The position numbers and the translations under genes were made by a program. Positions 1-9,236 of a stretch of 64,000 nt of DNA are shown here, piece after piece. Source of the DNA: Candidatus Brockarchaeota archaeon (lineage in GTDB: Archaea; Thermoproteota; EX4484-205; JAAOZP01); NCBI GenBank assembly GCA_017601225.1, contig JAFNIX010000004.1, positions 4,507-68,506 on the forward strand. The letters run 5' to 3'. The notes beneath the pieces were generated by a model. It saw nothing but the letters and a program-made list of their open reading frames with translations, searched no databases and was not told where the DNA came from. Position 1 is the first letter of the stretch; each line of letters starts with the position of its first letter.

Positions 1-42
1 TTGGGCGGAAGATTTTTTATTCACCTCGTGCTTACCATAGTC

Positions 43-801
43 ATGGCGAGAGCGGGATTGAAAAAAATATGGAGTAAGGGAGACAGGGTTTTAGTTATAC
101 AGGCGCATCCCGATGACGCGGAATATCATGCTGGCGGAACCATTGCAAGGATGGTTGAAGAAGGTTGCGTCGTGAACTACGCTACGGTGACTGATGGAAG
201 CAAAGGGACTTTCGATGTGAACATGGATCCTAAGGCTTTAAGCGAGACTAGGAAGAGGGAGCAGAGGGCTGCGGCAGACGTGCTCGGAGTAAAACAGCTG
301 TTTTTCCTAGACTATCCTGATGGTGACCTGTACCCGTCTCTAGAATTAAGGGGGAGGCTTGTGGAAATAATAAGAAAAGTTAAGCCGAATATTGTCATGA
401 CGCTTGACGCTTGGCTCCCATACGAAATACATCCTGACCACAGAGTTACTGGGCTTATGGCTTCTGAAGCGACGGTTTTCGCGGGCATGCCGAACTTCTA
501 CAAGGAACAGATTCTTTCAGGAATTGAAGCCCATAAGCCTGAGTTTATACTCTTGTTCGCTACGGGCAGCCCAAACCTCTTCATCGACATCACCAGGTTT
601 ATAGAGAAGAAGGCTGAAGCAATCATGAGGCATGAGAGCCAATTGTCCCTATCGTTCCCAGAGGATCTTATGAAGAAGGGGTTGGGAGAAGTGAGAAGGG
701 AGTTGGTGAGAAACTTGAGGAAAGAAAGCAGGAAAAAAGGAAGATGCGTGGAACCAATGAGAATGTTCAGAGTGGGGGCGGGCCATTTCATAAGAGAATA
801 A
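43..801 (+). CDS. PIG-L/LmbE family (N-acetylglucosaminyl) deacetylase
   Basis: ORF 1..801. Motifs VLVIQAHPDDAEYHAGG and EIHPDHRVTG are typical of the PIG-L zinc deacetylase fold. The ATG at 43 puts HPDD about 20 aa from the N terminus. The frame is open to the window edge, so the true start could lie upstream. Confidence 0.8.
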   Translation: MARAGLKKIWSKGDRVLVIQAHPDDAEYHAGGTIARMVEEGCVVNYATVTDGSKGTFDVNMDPKALSETRKREQRAAADVLGVKQLFFLDYPDGDLYPSLELRGRLVEIIRKVKPNIVMTLDAWLPYEIHPDHRVTGLMASEATVFAGMPNFYKEQILSGIEAHKPEFILLFATGSPNLFIDITRFIEKKAEAIMRHESQLSLSFPEDLMKKGLGEVRRELVRNLRKESRKKGRCVEPMRMFRVGAGHFIRE

Positions 802-848
802 CGTTTCCATTAGGCTTCATAAAGCAGCCAACTGGGCATTCTAAAAGA

Positions 849-859
849 TTTATATAAAT
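849..859 (+). promoter_or_regulatory. TATA-box-like element upstream of the GH38 gene
   Basis: TTTATATAAAT is centred about 25 nt upstream of the ATG at 879. This is consistent with an archaeal promoter driving a leaderless or short-leader mRNA. Confidence 0.4.
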
Positions 860-878
860 CCTGCTACTGGAAAGCTTT

Positions 879-3812
879 ATGCGGACTCTTCAGGAGCTTG
901 AAGCGAGACTAGCCCTATTGCATGCTGCTTCCTTTAGGAATGTCAGAATGCTCGAATGGGATTCTTTCGCTAATAATAGGGCGACAATGGCTTTAAACGC
1001 TGCAGGAGAAAACTTTCAACTCCTAGTTCTGGACTACAAGGGTTCTGCATTAGTAAAGCTAGATTCGAAACCATATTTCTCCCTCGACGGCTATCATTAC
1101 GCAATACCAATACCGGAGGGGAATCACCTTGTGGAAGCCGAGTTCTCGCCTTTCCTCGCATTCGGCGAAAAAGTGGATGTTCACCCAGGCAAGCCTGTGA
1201 GCGTCAACAGAAACATGGAGGCTCTAAGGCTCTGGGCCTATGGAAGATCCGTATTAGAGCTGGCTCGCGCAACTAAGGATGAGGAGCTTAAAGAAGATCT
1301 TCTAAGGGTGTTGAGCAACGCTCTCAGAGAAGCCCCCTTTGAAACTGTTTCCAAGGAGCAGGTTTCCTTAGCAACCGCATTCAAGGCAATGATAGGAGGG
1401 CTCGATAGTGTTCCAAGATTATTGTCCGAAGACATTATTCCAGTATTTGTTGAGGAGCAGGATCTGGAAAAATACCGGAGGGCGCTCAGCCTGCTCAAGA
1501 ATAGTCTGAACAGCCTTGTTGAAAAATACGGTAAGAGGGAAGAAATGGTTGCGCTTGCTCACGCGCACATAGACACCGCATGGCTCTGGCCGTTTGAGGA
1601 AACTAAGAGAAAGGTTTTCAGAACATTTTCCACAGTGTTAACTTTAATGGAGCATTATGATTTTAAGTATATTCAGAGCGCTGCCATATATTACGACTGG
1701 ATCAGGAGCGATGAACCTTCGATCTTCGATAGAGTCAGTGAGAGGATCGCGGAGGGGAAATGGATACTGGGGGCAGGCTGGGTGGAGTTCGACACTCAAA
1801 TGATATCTGGCGAATCTCTGGCTAGACAACTCTTATACTCTCAAAGGTTTTACATGGAGAACTTTGGAAAAACCGCTGACGTGCTCTGGCTTCCAGACAC
1901 CTTCGGCTTTTCACCAACTCTACCTCAGGCAGCGAAGCTTGGGGGTGTTAAGGTTTTTGCGACGCATAAAGTATTCTGGAACGATACGAATACTTTCCCC
2001 TACAACGTGTTCCACTGGATCGGCCCAGACAACAGCAGGCTTAAGGCAGTAGCATTCGGCCACGGTAGGGGGGGCTATAACTCGGATTTCACAGCAGACA
2101 GCGTTTACGAGCAGTGGCAAAACTGGGTTGATAGGGATCACCCTATGCTTTACTCGTACGGATATGGTGACGGTGGAGGTGGGCCTACTGAAGAAATGCT
2201 TTTAAGAGCAGAGGCTGTGGACTCGCTTCCGATCCTGCCAAGGGTGGAGCTCAAGGGATCCTTGGATTCAGTAGTGTGCGATCCTGTTTCTGAAGAATGG
2301 AGGGGAGAACTCTATCTTGAGGATCACAGGGGTGTTTTCACATCACATTCCAAGATGAAGCTTTTAAACAGGAGGGCGGAGCTGTCTTTAAGGGAGGCGG
2401 AAACATGGGCAACTTTTGCCGGAACCTATGATAAGGAAAGGTTTTCAAGCCTTTGGAAAATCCTGCTTAAAAACCAGTTTCACGACGTTCTGCCAGGCTC
2501 CTCTATAAGGGAGGTTTACAGCGAGGCTTATCCCGAGCTTGAAAAAGTGATTTCTGAGGCCGATAGGATTGCTGGAGAAGCCATGAGTAGAATAGCGGGA
2601 GAAGGACGTACAAAACTTGTTTTCAACTCTCTACCCTGGGACAGGGAGGACTACGTTATTGTAGAGGAAGAAGTCGAAGGGTCTCAAAAGGTTCCTGAAG
2701 GCTTCTTGCTGAGGGTTAGAGCACCTTCAGTTGGTTATGCCCCGCTCAACACTACCCCAACGACCCGCGTGAAAATTTCTGAGGAAAATGATTCCTACCT
2801 GGTTGAGAACAGGTTCTTCACGGTGAGGGTTTCGAAAACCGGAAGGTTGGTTTCCATATGGGATAAGGAGGCCGGTAGAGAAATTTTGAAAAACCCCGGG
2901 AACAGGCTGGTTGCCTACGAGAATATTCCGGGGTGGGCTGATGCTTGGAACATTGAGAAGGGCTATAAGGAAACCTTTTTCGAAATAACTTCGTCGAGAA
3001 GCTGGATTGTTAGCAAAGGCCCGTTAATGGTGTCCATATGCTTCATTTACCCGTTTAGAAGGTCTGAGATCAAGCAAGAGGTCAGGATCTTCTCTGACTC
3101 TAGGAGGATTGATTTCAAAACCACTATTAACATGAAGGATAGGGAGCTGCTGGTTAAAACCTGGTTTGATTTTGACGTGAACACGGATAAGGCTGTTTCA
3201 GACGTCCCGTTCGGAGTTACTGAAAGACCCACTACCAGGAACACTTCGTGGGAGAAGGCAAAATACGAGGTGGCAATGCAGAAAATGGTTGATCTTTCCG
3301 AGCACAGCTATGGCGTAGCATTGTTGAACGACGGTAAATACGGGGTTTCTATAGAAGGCTCCTCAATAGGGCTTTCACTCACAAGAACACCTGTCTTTCC
3401 AGATCCGTCTACAGACCTTGAGGAGACAACATTCACATACTCCATATATCCGCATGTTGGAGACTGGAAGGAAGCAGGAGTATTAAGGAGGGCATACGAG
3501 CTGAATGTCCCACTAAGAGTGGTTGTAGGGAAGAAAAGTAGTAAAAGCTTCTTGAAAATAGGCTCTGACAACTTGATGCTAGAGGCTGTGAAAGCCGCAG
3601 AGGATGGGGACGGTATTGTTTTAAGGCTTTATGAGTTCCATAATGCAAGGGGGAGGACACGTATCAATCTTGCCGCTCAGGTGCAGAGTGCAGAATCTCT
3701 AGACCTGCTTGAATTAAACAAGGTTAACAGGGATATTAGGACGGATCGAAATGGTTTGGAGTTTACATATCGCAACAGGGAAATAATCACTTTAAAAATA
3801 CGTAGAAAGTGA
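879..3812 (+). CDS. GH38 family alpha-mannosidase
   Basis: 977 aa. The HAHIDTAWLWPFEET motif is the GH38 N-terminal metal-binding signature. The length fits cytosolic archaeal/bacterial GH38 enzymes. No signal peptide is visible. Confidence 0.85.
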   Translation: MRTLQELEARLALLHAASFRNVRMLEWDSFANNRATMALNAAGENFQLLVLDYKGSALVKLDSKPYFSLDGYHYAIPIPEGNHLVEAEFSPFLAFGEKVDVHPGKPVSVNRNMEALRLWAYGRSVLELARATKDEELKEDLLRVLSNALREAPFETVSKEQVSLATAFKAMIGGLDSVPRLLSEDIIPVFVEEQDLEKYRRALSLLKNSLNSLVEKYGKREEMVALAHAHIDTAWLWPFEETKRKVFRTFSTVLTLMEHYDFKYIQSAAIYYDWIRSDEPSIFDRVSERIAEGKWILGAGWVEFDTQMISGESLARQLLYSQRFYMENFGKTADVLWLPDTFGFSPTLPQAAKLGGVKVFATHKVFWNDTNTFPYNVFHWIGPDNSRLKAVAFGHGRGGYNSDFTADSVYEQWQNWVDRDHPMLYSYGYGDGGGGPTEEMLLRAEAVDSLPILPRVELKGSLDSVVCDPVSEEWRGELYLEDHRGVFTSHSKMKLLNRRAELSLREAETWATFAGTYDKERFSSLWKILLKNQFHDVLPGSSIREVYSEAYPELEKVISEADRIAGEAMSRIAGEGRTKLVFNSLPWDREDYVIVEEEVEGSQKVPEGFLLRVRAPSVGYAPLNTTPTTRVKISEENDSYLVENRFFTVRVSKTGRLVSIWDKEAGREILKNPGNRLVAYENIPGWADAWNIEKGYKETFFEITSSRSWIVSKGPLMVSICFIYPFRRSEIKQEVRIFSDSRRIDFKTTINMKDRELLVKTWFDFDVNTDKAVSDVPFGVTERPTTRNTSWEKAKYEVAMQKMVDLSEHSYGVALLNDGKYGVSIEGSSIGLSLTRTPVFPDPSTDLEETTFTYSIYPHVGDWKEAGVLRRAYELNVPLRVVVGKKSSKSFLKIGSDNLMLEAVKAAEDGDGIVLRLYEFHNARGRTRINLAAQVQSAESLDLLELNKVNRDIRTDRNGLEFTYRNREIITLKIRRK

Positions 3813-3816
3813 TTCC

Positions 3817-5097
3817 CTAAAGGCTTTCACTCCTCCAAACAGTGTAAAGCTCCCGAACAACATCTTTCTCAGCACCATCAAAGTTCCAGTACACTAGCCC
3901 ATCGGCACGGCCCCGTGCTGCTGACTTAACACTCTCCATGAAGAACTCTCTGCCAGCCACAGAGATATTTGAAATACGTTCACCCAGCAGATAATGCACG
4001 AAATCGGTGCGAAGAATCAAAATGACGGGCCATATTCTCGCTCCCCCAACATTCCAGTGTGAGATTTTCATCAAACCTGCTTCTATTGAGCTTGAAGGTA
4101 GCCCTGAGAGTCGCGTCTCATCATAGTTCCGTGGCTGAACTATGGTGCTCAACCCTGTAGCCACGTAGTAAAACTTGCTGAGAAGATCCTTGTCTAGGCC
4201 GTAAGTATGACTAAGCTCCTTGACTGCGGTTAAGCCTTCCCACTGCATCCAGTCAAAATAAAGCATCGGCTCAATAATGTCTAGAATTCGGCTGAGAGCC
4301 CTATAGCTTTGACCTGTCAACATGCTCCACCATGGTGACAAAAGATTGGCACCGATGACTGTTCCCCGGCCACCCTCCTCCTTGACTGCTGAAGAGAAAA
4401 TCCTGACAACGCTCTCAATATACTCGCTCCTATACTTGAACCATTCGAACACTCCTGGAAACTCGTTGTAAACATCTAGAACATCAGGGGTGCTTAAGGT
4501 TCCCTGTCTAACAATCTCCTTAGGGAACTCCCCCTTGCCAAGGAAATCCATCATGCGCAACCAGTCTCTCTTGATGAAAACCGGATTGTAACCTAAGCTC
4601 TTCATCTCTTCGCAGCAACTGGGGCAGAAGCATGTTAGAAAATAGTCTAAGCCAGCCATGGGGCTTTCAAACCTGATGAAGTCGAGCACAACGCCCTCCA
4701 CATGGTATAGTCTCACGAGGCTTCGAAGATCAGCGACTATTCTTCTTAAAACATCAGGGTTTGTTGGACAGGCTCGAGCATAATGAGGCTTTCCAAGTAT
4801 AGTCCATGCGGAATACTCTGGTCCTCTTCTAGCTATCTCGGGCCTGCTGAAAACAGGATAGCTGGCGAAGAATTTCAAGCCTACTCCGCGTAACTCTTCG
4901 AGAAGCCTCTTAAGATCGCCATAGGATTCCTTCTCAAAGTTTTCCGGGAGACACCTTACACCATTGTAAAGCTCTTTAGCCTCCTCTGGGAAAACAGGCA
5001 GATGCGTATGCACGTACTCTATGCCGTACTCTTCCAGAAGCCGGTTTCCATACTCTTTTAGAGCCTTAAGGCTGATGAAAGCACCTATGGGCTTCAT
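3817..5097 (-). CDS. Glycoside-hydrolase-like TIM-barrel protein with Cys motif (paralog 1 of a tandem pair)
   Basis: 426 aa. It shares the motifs C-P-[TN]-N-P-D and F-x-T-C-F-C-x-x-C with the adjacent 386 aa ORF. The alternating beta/alpha pattern resembles GHL/DUF4015-type putative hydrolases. The family assignment is from memory and is not verified. Confidence 0.4.
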   Translation of the reverse strand: MKPIGAFISLKALKEYGNRLLEEYGIEYVHTHLPVFPEEAKELYNGVRCLPENFEKESYGDLKRLLEELRGVGLKFFASYPVFSRPEIARRGPEYSAWTILGKPHYARACPTNPDVLRRIVADLRSLVRLYHVEGVVLDFIRFESPMAGLDYFLTCFCPSCCEEMKSLGYNPVFIKRDWLRMMDFLGKGEFPKEIVRQGTLSTPDVLDVYNEFPGVFEWFKYRSEYIESVVRIFSSAVKEEGGRGTVIGANLLSPWWSMLTGQSYRALSRILDIIEPMLYFDWMQWEGLTAVKELSHTYGLDKDLLSKFYYVATGLSTIVQPRNYDETRLSGLPSSSIEAGLMKISHWNVGGARIWPVILILRTDFVHYLLGERISNISVAGREFFMESVKSAARGRADGLVYWNFDGAEKDVVRELYTVWRSESL

Positions 5098-6254
5098 TTC
5101 CCAATCACCTCTGAAATCTTGCTAATCCTGTTTTTCTCCTCTTCTCGGAAGGAGAAGAAGTCGATTCCATCTAATCCTGTTTCCATAGCGATTTTAACAG
5201 CCTGCTCGATTTGCGGGTCATCCAGCATTATAATTGGATGAAGCTCACTCCTGCCTGCTAAAAGTCTTTTAGCAGCCTGAAACTCGATTTTAATCAAGGA
5301 TATAGGTAAGCAGTCTTCAAACAGCCTTTTGGTGCTAAGCGGGTACTCTTCCCCTCGAAAGCCGAAAACACGGTAGAGCACGTCTATAAGCTCAGATTCT
5401 GGTAGCCACGAGTTCCAGTGAAGCAAGTCCTCGGCGATTTTAGCCAGTTCAAAGTTGAGGCAGGCAACCCCACGCCCTCTCCTGTAAACCATTGGTTTTA
5501 CGAAATCCAGATGGCGCCAAAACTTCCTATAGTTCTGACCGACTAGAAAAGCTAGAGAGGGAGTGAAAACATAAGCGCCAAGGCGGGTCTTCCCACTATA
5601 TGACTTGATCGTATTTCTAACTTCAACTATAAACTCTTCAACGCTATGCTCCCGAAACCCAAGCCAATCAAGTAGTCCACTCCCCTCCTTAACAAGATCT
5701 AAAAATCCTACCTGAGAATAACGATATGCTTGCAAAACTTCCCAGGCCTGTTTAAAATCATAGAAAGCGTTAAGCATCTTTTTAACTGACTGCTTCATCT
5801 CCTCAAAACGGTATCCGTATTTATCAGCCTTATTCCTACAATTTTCGCAGAAACACGTCGCAAAAGCTTCTAGCCCACTGCCCATCGATGCAAATCGGAT
5901 TCCGTCGAGCAAAATGCTGCTAACATCATGTTTCTCAAGGATCTCGGAAACCTGTCGGAGGGTCCTACGCCTTATGTCAGGGTTATTAGGGCATCCTGAT
6001 CCAAACCATACGTGTTTCCTGCCATATGGGTCCTCCGCCAGAAACCTCGGTTCTCGAAACTCATTGTCGATTCGAAAAGCCCCGATGACGATGTGAACAT
6101 TAAAGCCCTTATCCCGTAATCCTTCGACCAGCTCAGGATCATAACCAATAACAATATCTTTAAAACCTTTTTCGAGAAGGAAATCAGCATATTCGAGCCT
6201 TGGAATTCCAAACATCCAGAGCCTCAAGCCTGCATACACCAGGTTTTGATTCAC
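5094..6254 (-). CDS. Glycoside-hydrolase-like TIM-barrel protein with Cys motif (paralog 2 of a tandem pair)
   Basis: 386 aa. Motifs GCPNNPDIRRR and FATCFCENCRNKADKYGY align with CPTNPDVLRR and FLTCFCPSCCEEMKSLGY of the downstream ORF. A 4-nt overlap (5094-5097) indicates co-translation. Confidence 0.4.
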   Translation of the reverse strand: MNQNLVYAGLRLWMFGIPRLEYADFLLEKGFKDIVIGYDPELVEGLRDKGFNVHIVIGAFRIDNEFREPRFLAEDPYGRKHVWFGSGCPNNPDIRRRTLRQVSEILEKHDVSSILLDGIRFASMGSGLEAFATCFCENCRNKADKYGYRFEEMKQSVKKMLNAFYDFKQAWEVLQAYRYSQVGFLDLVKEGSGLLDWLGFREHSVEEFIVEVRNTIKSYSGKTRLGAYVFTPSLAFLVGQNYRKFWRHLDFVKPMVYRRGRGVACLNFELAKIAEDLLHWNSWLPESELIDVLYRVFGFRGEEYPLSTKRLFEDCLPISLIKIEFQAAKRLLAGRSELHPIIMLDDPQIEQAVKIAMETGLDGIDFFSFREEEKNRISKISEVIGK

Positions 6255-6395
6255 CTGAACAATATTTAAGCATGACCTTTTAAGTAGAAAAGGGTGTAAA
6301 GTTCGATATGCTTAGAATGCTAGTCGGCAAGCGTATGAGGCTTCATGTTTAAAAATCCTCCTCAGGATATGCTAAAGATTTACTGGAAGAAAGTA

Positions 6396-6405
6396 ATTTT
6401 TAAAT
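6396..6405 (+). promoter_or_regulatory. TATA-box-like element upstream of the GH2 gene
   Basis: ATTTTTAAAT lies 25-34 nt upstream of the ATG at 6430, in the divergent intergenic region 6255-6429. Confidence 0.4.
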
Positions 6406-6429
6406 GTCTGTCTAACCTTTCAATTAAGC

Positions 6430-9168
6430 ATGAGCACCATACTTATGGGAAACTGGGCAATAGGGAGTCAAGTCGAAGGTTTCGCGTCAAACGTTAAGCT
6501 TTCCGTAAAACATGTTATTACTCTTAATGAAGACTGGATGTTCGCTGTTGACCCTGAGGGAAATCTTACTCCAGAGACTGTTCGCTCTGTCCGAGATGTG
6601 AGAAAAGCAAAAGCAGGCTTACCTTGGGAGGCACAGTTCTCAGACCTTACAAATTATGATGGGGTTGCATGGTATTGGCGTAGCTTTAGAATTCCACGCA
6701 TGCTGAAGGGTAAAAGGATCATCCTCAGGTTTGACGCTGTTGATTATGAAGCTAAAGTATGGTTGAACGGCGTTGAGCTTGGCTCCCATGAGGGAGGCTA
6801 TACTCCATTCGAATTCGATGTAACAAACATTGTGAAATTGGATGAGGATAACGATCTTATGGTTAGAGTTTACGATCCTCAGGATTGCTCTGAAATCCCT
6901 AACGGTAAGCAGTCTCACTACTGCAATATTGGCGGCCTATGGCAGGGGGTCTGTCTCCTCATCAGGGAAAAGGTTTACGTACATTCAGCATTCATAGTAC
7001 CGGAGGTTGATAATTCGAGAATTAGGGTTCGCATAATTCTTTCCCACATTGAGGAGGCTCCTGAAGATGGTCTTAGGCTAACCCTTAGGGTTTCTCCAGG
7101 CGGAGAGGAGAAAGTCGTCAAAGTGTTTAAAGGCGAGCCTGTTTACGATGTTGAAATGCCTATCCGGGGCGTGAGACTATGGTCTCCGGATTTCCCCTCT
7201 CTATATAGGCTTGAAATCCTTCTCTCCGGCGAAGACGTTGACGATACTTGTTTCGTAGATTTCGGCATGAGAAAGGTTGAGGTGCGTGAGAACAGGATTC
7301 TCCTTAACGGCGAGCCCATATACCTTATGGGGGCTCTAGACCAAGATTTCTATCCGGACGTAATATACGGCACTCCTTCTGATGAAATGCTTCGCAACCA
7401 GTTTCTCAAAGCCAAGGAACTGGGGCTTAATTTTCTGAGGACACATATCAAGATCCCTTGCCCGAATTATCTTGAATGGGCGGACAGACTTGGAATCATG
7501 CTCTGGATAGATTTTCCAAGCTTCTACAGGTTCACCGTGAAGGCGAGGGAAAGGATGAGGAGGCAGCTTGAAGAATGGGTTTGGAGGGATTTTAACCATC
7601 CATCGATATTCTGCTGGTGTCTGGTGAATGAGGAGTGGGGTGTTCCACTTGCCGAAGAGGAGGAGGCGAGAAGATGGCTTAAGGAGACGTGGCACCTGGT
7701 TAAAAGGCTCGACCCCACTAGACTTGTTGTCGACAATTCTCCTGCAAACGCGGGACACATTGTAAGCGACGTTGAGGACCAGCATGTCTACATGGCGATA
7801 CCTGACCATGCTCGAGAGTTCGAAGACTGGGTTGAGGATTTCTCTAAACATCCTGCTTGGACGTTTAGGTTCCCAGAGTCTGAGAGAAGGGGTTTCGAAC
7901 CCTTGATGGTTTCAGAGTTCGGCAACTGGGGGCTTCCGGATGTTGAGGAGATTCTCCGCTACTACGATTGGAAGGACCCTTACTGGTTTAACCAGGCGAG
8001 CTACGGGGGGCCGATTCGCACAGGCATTAACGAGTTCTTCAGACTGGGACTGGATGAGGCTTACGGCTCGCTGAAGAAGCTTGCAGAAGCCGCTCAAAAG
8101 CATCAGCTTGACTCCCTTAAGTTCGAGGTTGAAACAATGAGGCTTCACCCCGAGATAGTTGGATACGTTATAACGCAGTTTACAGACTTAAACAGTGAGA
8201 GCAATGGGCTCATGGACATGTGTAGGGGTGAGAAGATTCTACACCGTTTCCTGAGATTCTTTCAAGCGCAAGACGTTGTCGTAATAAGGCCTGGAAAATG
8301 GAGCTATATTGAAGGTGAGGAAGCCAGGGTAAAAATCTACGTTTCCAGGTTTTCAGACATTGAGCCGAAAGCTGTGGAATGGTGGGTTGAGAACACTCCG
8401 GTAGGTGGCGTGTTGAAGCCGGTGAGCATTGAGAAGGCTTGCTGCGCAGAGGTGGGGGAAGCAAGCTTCAGGATTCCGGAAGCAGAGTTTCCTGGCAAGC
8501 TAACCATATGGGCAAGGCTGCTCGACGAACATGGAAGAGAAACCTGTCGAAACTATCAAGAGATCCTGGTTCTTCCATATCAATCCGTCAGGAGCAGTGG
8601 AAAAATCAGCGTGTTCGGTGCTGATGAAAGCGTTATGGAGAAGATTAGGGAGATAGGCCTAACCATCGTTAAGCCCAGCGAACCCAACGTTGCGGTGTCT
8701 CTAGGAGTTAATAAAGACGCTATCGTTTTTGCTGAGAAGGGTGGCAGAGTGCTCTTCCTGCTTGAAGACTGCGGAGCAGGATCCGCCATACCAGGCGGAA
8801 TCCGGCTTGTAGACAGGAGGGAAAAAGGCCGCTGGGGAGACTGGTGCACAGCATTCCTCTGGCTTAAGAAGGAGGTTACAAGTAGGCTGTTCTACGAGGG
8901 CCACTTGGGGATGCCGTTTATAGAATGTATTCCCAAGATGGTTCTGGAGGGGATTAATACTAAGGACGCTAGGAAAGCTTTAGGAGGCATTTTCGTCGGC
9001 TGGATGCGGGAGCCAGCTGCCACGATACTCCCAGTAAAAACTGGGACAGGGATTGCTGTTCTCTGCACTTTCAGGCTGGTGAAAAACCTTGTTAAGGATC
9101 CGATTTCAACCGCACTGTTCTGCTCACTGATCGACCTAATGTTTTCAGAGAAACTTAGCGGTGTGTAG
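6430..9168 (+). CDS. GH2 family glycosidase (beta-mannosidase/beta-galactosidase-like)
   Basis: 912 aa. The GH2 sugar-binding domain signature is present: WYWRSFRIP...RFDAVDYEAKVWLNGVELGSHEGGYTPFEFDVT. Acid/base-like WCLVNEEWG and nucleophile-like MVSEFGNWG motifs are also present. Confidence 0.8.
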   Translation: MSTILMGNWAIGSQVEGFASNVKLSVKHVITLNEDWMFAVDPEGNLTPETVRSVRDVRKAKAGLPWEAQFSDLTNYDGVAWYWRSFRIPRMLKGKRIILRFDAVDYEAKVWLNGVELGSHEGGYTPFEFDVTNIVKLDEDNDLMVRVYDPQDCSEIPNGKQSHYCNIGGLWQGVCLLIREKVYVHSAFIVPEVDNSRIRVRIILSHIEEAPEDGLRLTLRVSPGGEEKVVKVFKGEPVYDVEMPIRGVRLWSPDFPSLYRLEILLSGEDVDDTCFVDFGMRKVEVRENRILLNGEPIYLMGALDQDFYPDVIYGTPSDEMLRNQFLKAKELGLNFLRTHIKIPCPNYLEWADRLGIMLWIDFPSFYRFTVKARERMRRQLEEWVWRDFNHPSIFCWCLVNEEWGVPLAEEEEARRWLKETWHLVKRLDPTRLVVDNSPANAGHIVSDVEDQHVYMAIPDHAREFEDWVEDFSKHPAWTFRFPESERRGFEPLMVSEFGNWGLPDVEEILRYYDWKDPYWFNQASYGGPIRTGINEFFRLGLDEAYGSLKKLAEAAQKHQLDSLKFEVETMRLHPEIVGYVITQFTDLNSESNGLMDMCRGEKILHRFLRFFQAQDVVVIRPGKWSYIEGEEARVKIYVSRFSDIEPKAVEWWVENTPVGGVLKPVSIEKACCAEVGEASFRIPEAEFPGKLTIWARLLDEHGRETCRNYQEILVLPYQSVRSSGKISVFGADESVMEKIREIGLTIVKPSEPNVAVSLGVNKDAIVFAEKGGRVLFLLEDCGAGSAIPGGIRLVDRREKGRWGDWCTAFLWLKKEVTSRLFYEGHLGMPFIECIPKMVLEGINTKDARKALGGIFVGWMREPAATILPVKTGTGIAVLCTFRLVKNLVKDPISTALFCSLIDLMFSEKLSGV

Positions 9169-9236
9169 CATGCAGAACCATGCTTAAAAATACTTCAAGC
9201 TTTAAACGCGATACCCATTATGAAACATTCGGATGC

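Noticed and set aside
7336-7851. 171 aa antisense ORF inside the GH2 gene, and similar antisense ORFs at 6640-6918, 7524-7760, 7912-8148 and 8210-8464.
   Set aside because: These lie entirely within a CDS that has strong family motifs. Their sequences are low-complexity or Arg/Ser/Pro-rich and lack motifs. They are typical shadow ORFs on the opposite strand.
8300-9168. Apparent long C-terminal extension of the GH2 protein as a possible novel domain.
   Set aside because: A total length of about 900 aa is normal for multi-domain GH2 enzymes such as beta-mannosidases. Nothing in the extension stands out without a profile search.
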